50,629 nt of DNA, taken from Chara braunii (lineage: Eukaryota > Plantae > Charophyceae). The stretch covers positions 2,601,186 to 2,651,814 of the forward strand of contig BFEA01000009.1 in the NCBI GenBank assembly GCA_003427395.1, read 5' to 3'. Under the pieces are notes generated by a model. That model had not been told where the DNA came from, made no database searches, and saw nothing but the letters and a program-made list of their open reading frames with translations. Shown here one piece after another: positions 46,701 through 50,629 of the stretch; position 1 is the stretch's first letter, and every line of letters starts with the position of its first letter. The translations under genes were made by a program, and so were the position numbers.

Positions 46701-49319
46701 GGGTGACGATCTGCGCGCCAACACGTCTGTGGTCTACGAGGGAAACCTACCTTGGGGTGCCGCTGCTGCGGTGCGATTGCCTCAGAGGGTCACCCAGACG
46801 GATGTGTGCGAGATTCCCTTTGTGCCTTGCGATTGGTCGCTGGTGGTGCCGGAACGACAGGGCAATGTCTACGGGGATATGGAATGCAATCCGATACAAT
46901 TCGTCGGTCTTCTTGATTTCCTTGGCAAGAAGGGAGAGGGTGTTATGTTCCTTGGGGAACCGCACGCGCAAAGCGTCTGGGATCTTCTGAAGGCCGGCCG
47001 GCACGTTGTCGCGATGGAAGGGAACACCGAGCTCTTGCAATTCACGATGCAGATGGTGAAAAGCGAGGTTAATTCGGGCGGGCACAATAGTGAGTTCATG
47101 GTCGTGAAGCCAACACGAGATAAGGTGTGGAGCAACAAGACGGATATGTGGTTCAAGTTGAGCGAGAGGAAGAGGAACAAGATATACGATTTCTTGTTCT
47201 TTCAAACACGGTCGAGGAAGGACTCAGACGCCGAGTACGTCCGCCGGAAGGACCACATGTTGGCACTGCTCGACAACTACCACTTCGCCTCCGGCATGAA
47301 CGCGAAGACGTTTCTCGATAGGCTGCAGTCATCGTACTACGTGGAGTCCGAGGAGCTGTTAAAGTTAGCCAGTTACGCTTCCCTGATCTCCACTGATGAC
47401 TAGGAAGCCACAGGTGTGGAGTTCATCGCCAACGCGAAGGAGGAGGAGAGCGACACAGAGAGCATTGACCTGCAGTACGACCCACTTCCGGCGGATCACG
47501 GCCGAGGATCCTCGCCGGCTGGTCCGTCACCGAGCGCTGCAGCCCTCGTGTCACCGTCGGCCAAACCGGCACCGGGCACCACGCCGATGAAGTTGCTGGA
47601 GAGACTCAGAGCTTTGGTTGTCCCCTTGCCCGCTTTGTGTCCCGGGTCCGACATCCCTCCCGATCATCCATCTTGGAAGGATGACCATATCCACTTCCTG
47701 CTTGAGCCACAACGTCATTCGACTTAGCTGGAATGGGGCCATGACATGGTGTGGCATCCGGGAGTCATCCTGCCAGCGATACGAAAGGGCGAGTGGGTCA
47801 TGGCCGTCGCAATCCCGGGCGCGGGATGGGTGTCATGCCCGCGCGAGTCGAAGTCCAACTTCCTGCACCTCGCGAGGATTTCGGTCCTCCAGAAAGTGAC
47901 GGCCGAGAATGCCACATTTGCACCCGGCGCCCTGTCCCTCATTTCCACAGCCGGTCGACTGTTCGACGAGCTTCATGACAAGTGCTGGTTGGAATTGACG
48001 GAGGACTACTACGACCTCGACACGAGTCCGTCGAAGGGCGTGGTGGACTGGAAAGTGCCCCCTCCCAGTGGCCCGGACGGTAGTTCCTGGGCGGGGGCAC
48101 CAAGAAGTGGAGGGGATGGGGGGGTGGCGCGGGGGGTGGCAAAGGAATCCCGCCTAGTGGGGAGAGGGGGTCTCACGGCCGCAACACGACACCGGGAGGC
48201 AGCGTCGGTGTGGCGGGTTCCGCCGTCGACCGGCCTCCGTCGACAGGCACCTGGCCGGAGCATACGACACAGTCCGCTGACCTCCCGACTTCGACCGTGG
48301 GCTCAACGAGGGACACGTTGGCAGCCTTGCTTGCTCTGGGCAGTCGCTCCGACGGAAAGTTGAAGTCTGCCGGGATCTGAACTACGTCCGCTGAGGAGCT
48401 GCCAGAGCGGTCCGGAATGCAAAGCCGCTCGAGGTCGGGGGAGCCAAGCAAGGATCCCGAAATTGGCAGCATTGCGGCGCGGGACGGAAACGTCGGAAAG
48501 GTGTCGCCTGAGCAGGAGCGACGACCGCAAGGATTGCAGCAAGAGGCTGCAAGTACAGGGTCCGGCGACATGGAGACGACGAAGTCCGCCGAGATCCGAA
48601 CTTCTTCGGGCGGGGGGTGTCGGCCAGGGATAGTCGTGCCGTTAAGAGGGGCAGCGTGCACGGAGACGGAAGGGCGGTTCTCGGGATTCAGCACGTATAC
48701 CACGGAAGGGGATGAGTTTCGTGGAAGGAAAGTAGGGGAGAAAATGGAGGAACGGAGGGGAGCGCAAAAAGGGGAGGAAGAAGGGGAAGAAGAGGAGGAA
48801 GGGGAGAAAGCGGGAGAAACGGAGCTACTTGGTTTGCTTGAAGAAAGGGAGGGTGCCTGATTTGGAGACGACGAAGTGGAGCACAGTGAGGACGATGCCG
48901 GATCTGGAGAGTCGTCTGACGAGTTCGGACAACTGTACGGAGAGCATCATGAGGATGATATCGATGACGCTGCCACGGCAATAGAGATGGAGACATAGGT
49001 CGTTAGCAGCCTTTCCGCACAGCCTGAAGATTATGCGGCCCGACCACTGATGTCTGCTGTCGACTTGCAACATCGCTTTGACGAGGCTTCCGTCGCTATC
49101 AGCCCGTCTAAAACAAGTCGGCGTATAAGCATCGACGAAGTTATCGACGGTATCCTCAGCGACCACAACGTGTCTTCCCGTCCGTCCACAACGCCTGACG
49201 TCGACGAAACTGGCAACGTCACGTCTTCCGTGGCAGCTGTCCTCGCTTCGTCGCCGCCAAAGTCCCTGGTCCTGCCGGCCACCCTTGCCGCCTGGAAGGA
49301 AGGCGAGGTCGGGGGATGA
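43780..49319 (+). pseudogene. Large decayed ORF: ParB/Srx-like domain plus degenerate beta-class N6A/N4C DNA methyltransferase fold, acidic C-terminal tail
   Basis: ORFs 43687, 44794, 45199, 46180, 47416 and 47746 are all in one frame, separated by single stops (44740, 45118, 45181, 46162, 47401, 47725). A frameshift follows near 48.1-48.4 kb. ParB-like motifs at ~44840-45260, MTase-like motifs at ~46410-47060. Confidence 0.7.
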
Positions 49320-49387
49320 CAATATGTCACGTCGCCAAAAAAATCGAGGGTCAGCAGGCAAGCTCTCGATGTGCTCGCTTTGCCCGC
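48730..49387 (+). repeat. ~660-bp inverted repeat, right copy (partner 36176-36845)
   Basis: Same translated segment as the left copy. Homology ends at GCTCGCTTTGCCCGC. Confidence 0.92.
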
Positions 49388-49860
49388 TTTCGGAGGGCGC
49401 GGTATCCCGGCCCTCCTCTGTGTGCCAAAGTCTCCGCCCGACATCGATATTTCATTTTGTGGCCCGCGGCTTGCTGGATGGTTTTCGAACCCCTGTAGGC
49501 CTGGTACTTGCAATGTGTCTCGACACGGACCAACCCTGTTGGCGTAGCAAAAAGGTGCGCCGCAGGGCTTTTCATTGGTCCACACAGGCTCAGCGCCCTG
49601 CTGTACAGCAGAGCACAACCGGCTTGTGGCCGTGGTAGCCGTCGGGCTCGCCTTGGGACGCGGAGGTGAGAAGACTGGCTCAGCCTTTTCAACTGTTCGC
49701 CAAGCGCCCCTGTACAGGGTTATGGGATATGTACACGAAACAGGTCAAGGTAAAAAGAAAAGTTGAGCGTCTGAACGACACTTAGATCGTGACCCCTGCC
49801 TTAATCTGAGATAATCTAGTGATATCGGGTCACTATACCGTTGAGTTTTTCTCTTTTTCC

Positions 49861-49893
<33 letters not shown>
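49861..49893. repeat. (TTA)n microsatellite
   Basis: About 11 units. A second, shorter tract lies at 50221-50244. Confidence 0.9.
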
Positions 49894-49894
<1 letters not shown>

Positions 49895-50629
49895 TGATTT
49901 ACCAGTTTCAGGCTAGAATTTCCCTTTTCTTGGGTCACGTCACTTTGTAGGGGAGGCCGTCGATTCAGGTTTTGGTTTGCGAGAACGGTCTCATGGTCTA
50001 GGCCTCACCAACCCCTTGCACATCACCTGTGTCGGACCTGCTCGTTCGAACTGCGTGGTAGGACCCCAGTAGCCATGTTAAGGGATAGATACAGCGACCT
50101 GGAAAAAGGGGAAAAGGGTCAAAAAGTTGGGATTTAGATTTGTGCATGGACTCACACCACTATCCAGGCGGGACTGCTTCGCGGAGGAAATTCGAATTGC
50201 CACCTTTCCTTTTCCTGCGATTATTGTTATTATTATTATTATTACTTTACCGATTTTGGAGGCGCGGCCCTCCCTTTTCGTTTTTTAGTCACTTCGCGGG
50301 AAAGCTGAACGGCTCGAATTACAGGTTTTGTGGTGTGCGGCCTACAACGGCCAGGCACAAGTATCCTATCTGTGAATGTGCCACGCGCGAAAAAAAAGGG
50401 CGACCCACGGCCGCATCGGTAGGAAGCTTATCACCCCTGGAAGGGGTCAAAAGCCCCCTCCTTACCATCGGACACGGGCACCCAGTAGAAGTATGTCGGC
50501 GGTCTGTTTTTGAAGTGAGAGGAGCGCCGTCGGTATTTCATTATGGGATACCGGATTGGGTCGCCGTTCCGTCGTGATGATTAGTGACTCTGAAGCCGCA
50601 TAGTGGTTTCGAACCGTACTTCGACCGTT

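Noticed and set aside
44740-47727. TAG-to-Gln genetic code reassignment
   Set aside because: TGA stops and frameshifts also occur, and the Ulp1 TAG at 34880 falls where Ser/Thr is expected. Pseudogenisation explains the pattern.
36176-49387. The 660-bp inverted repeats as transposon TIRs
   Set aside because: They are coding-like, the reading frame continues beyond the left copy, and no TSD is visible.

Overview
Eukaryotic, repeat-dominated DNA with four assembly gaps. The plant-type tRNA-Asp primer site and element types suggest a streptophyte or green alga, possibly Chara-like (inference only). No intact host gene is recognisable. (1) 547-14893: three copies of a ~4.2-4.3 kb LTR (two direct, one inverted). 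Copy 1 is followed by a tRNA-Asp primer-binding site (Athila-like Ty3/Gypsy), and each copy carries 46-bp and 36-bp minisatellites. (2) 14996-15359: MITE with an 8-bp target-site duplication (TSD). (3) 17.3-17.9 kb: array of seven hairpins with a near-invariant apical 20-mer on different, co-varying stems. (4) 24479-31099: full-length but decayed Penelope-like element (zinc knuckle, SAP-like, N-terminal GIY-YIG, RT) between two ~1.26 kb pseudo-LTRs, each with a minimal hammerhead ribozyme. (5) ~33-49.4 kb: a probable large mobile element with divergently arranged cargo. It holds a Ulp1/C48 protease pseudogene (-), an intact orphan 322-aa ORF (+), and a ~1850-codon decayed ORF that appears to fuse a ParB/Srx-like domain to a degenerate beta-class N6A/N4C DNA methyltransferase fold. 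About 20 copies of a 22-bp GGATCC-centred imperfect palindrome and a ~145-bp hairpin lie in the same region. All domain calls are by-eye motif recognition, not database results.
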